A DNA stretch of 64,000 bases. It comes from Phaeosaccion multiseriatum. Lineage: Eukaryota; Protista; Ochrophyta, other classes. The notes beneath the pieces were generated by a model. That model searched no databases. It was not told the origin of the DNA and was given only the letters and a program-made list of their open reading frames with translations. Shown piece after piece: positions 63,296 through 64,000 of this stretch. The number at the start of each line of letters is the position of its first letter. The first letter of the stretch is position 1. A program made the position numbers and the translations under genes. Location: assembly GCA_965112735.1 (NCBI GenBank), contig OZ218957.1, positions 1,302,001 through 1,366,000 on the forward strand, in the 5' to 3' direction.

Positions 63296-63618
63296 TCAAC
63301 GTCCGCGCCTCTTCTTCTCCCTCGCCCCCACCATGCCCTCCTCCAGCACCTCCCACTCGTCCTGGTCTACAATAAAAGGATACCCCAACACCTCTCAGCT
63401 GGGTACCCCAACACCACACACCTCTCTGTAGGATATCCCATACACTTGTATGTATCCTGCGCGACAATCAAGAAGCACCTAATGCTTGACGTGTGCGCAG
63501 AGTATTGCGGTGCACTGTTGTGGTTTTCTCCCCGCCCCCCCCCCTCTCTCTTACAACTGTACCTCTCTCTGTTGTATGTATATGTGTGTGTGCTCATTTG
63601 CACCTTGCCTTCATCATG

Positions 63619-63669
<51 letters not shown>

Positions 63670-64000
63670 GTCTCTGTGTGTGTTTGTGCGCGCGTGCTCA
63701 CTTGCACCGTGCTTTGGTGACCAACGCCGTTGTGACCACCAGTGCCACAGCCGCGAGGGCGGGCAGACCGTGAGCCTTGAGCAAGCCCCCCGCCGTCACA
63801 GTCTTCTCCTCCTCCTCCGCCTTTTCCTCCAGAGCCACGTGTGCCAGGGTAAGAGCTCCGACAATGCCGCATCTGATTGGATGGGGGGGAAGGGGGGGTC
63901 GGTGGGTCAACAACCAAACAGACCAGTGAGGTTGTTTTCGCAGTGGCATGAAGAGGCCCTTTTTTCAACGTGCAGAACCAACCTACTCTCGTACGCTTTC
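63296..64000 (-). CDS. 3' end of an unidentified membrane protein gene running in from the window end
   Basis: Exon IRCGIVGALTL...LPALAAVALVVTTALVTKARC with donor GTGAGC. Probable last exon DEWEVLEEGMVGAREKKRRGR*. Confidence 0.4.

Overview
Compact, intron-rich eukaryotic nuclear DNA with no prokaryotic, viral, CRISPR, rRNA or tRNA content. Two proteins carry a signal peptide followed by an 'AF' motif (bipartite plastid-targeting leader), which points to a photosynthetic stramenopile (ochrophyte, eustigmatophyte-like); this is inference. About 22 spliced genes can be traced: plastid GPDH, a TPR protein, MORN-RGS, PAK kinase, WW-coiled-coil-kinesin-14, an ankyrin protein, a bacterial-type PI-PLC-like enzyme, C1-VPS9, PUB/UBX, VPS15, a MORN protein, ALG12, a CIA30/HCF173-like protein, a BAG-like protein, DIM1, RPS4, a Lys-rich protein, a histidine phosphatase, a CMAS-like methyltransferase and hypothetical genes. 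They alternate strand almost perfectly, forming head-to-head pairs with short shared promoters. Most long introns are filled with microsatellites that often start at the splice donor. The main exception is the 1.13-kb third intron of RPS4: it has no microsatellite and holds a ~600-nt multi-branched RNA structure with competing helices, followed by a cryptic acceptor that leads to a premature stop. This is the best candidate for an undescribed system (autoregulatory splicing switch or hosted ncRNA). Other leads are a PLC / C1-VPS9 / PUB / VPS15 endosomal-signalling neighbourhood and unusual domain fusions. Exon structures and helices were worked out by eye and need RNA-seq and folding software to confirm.
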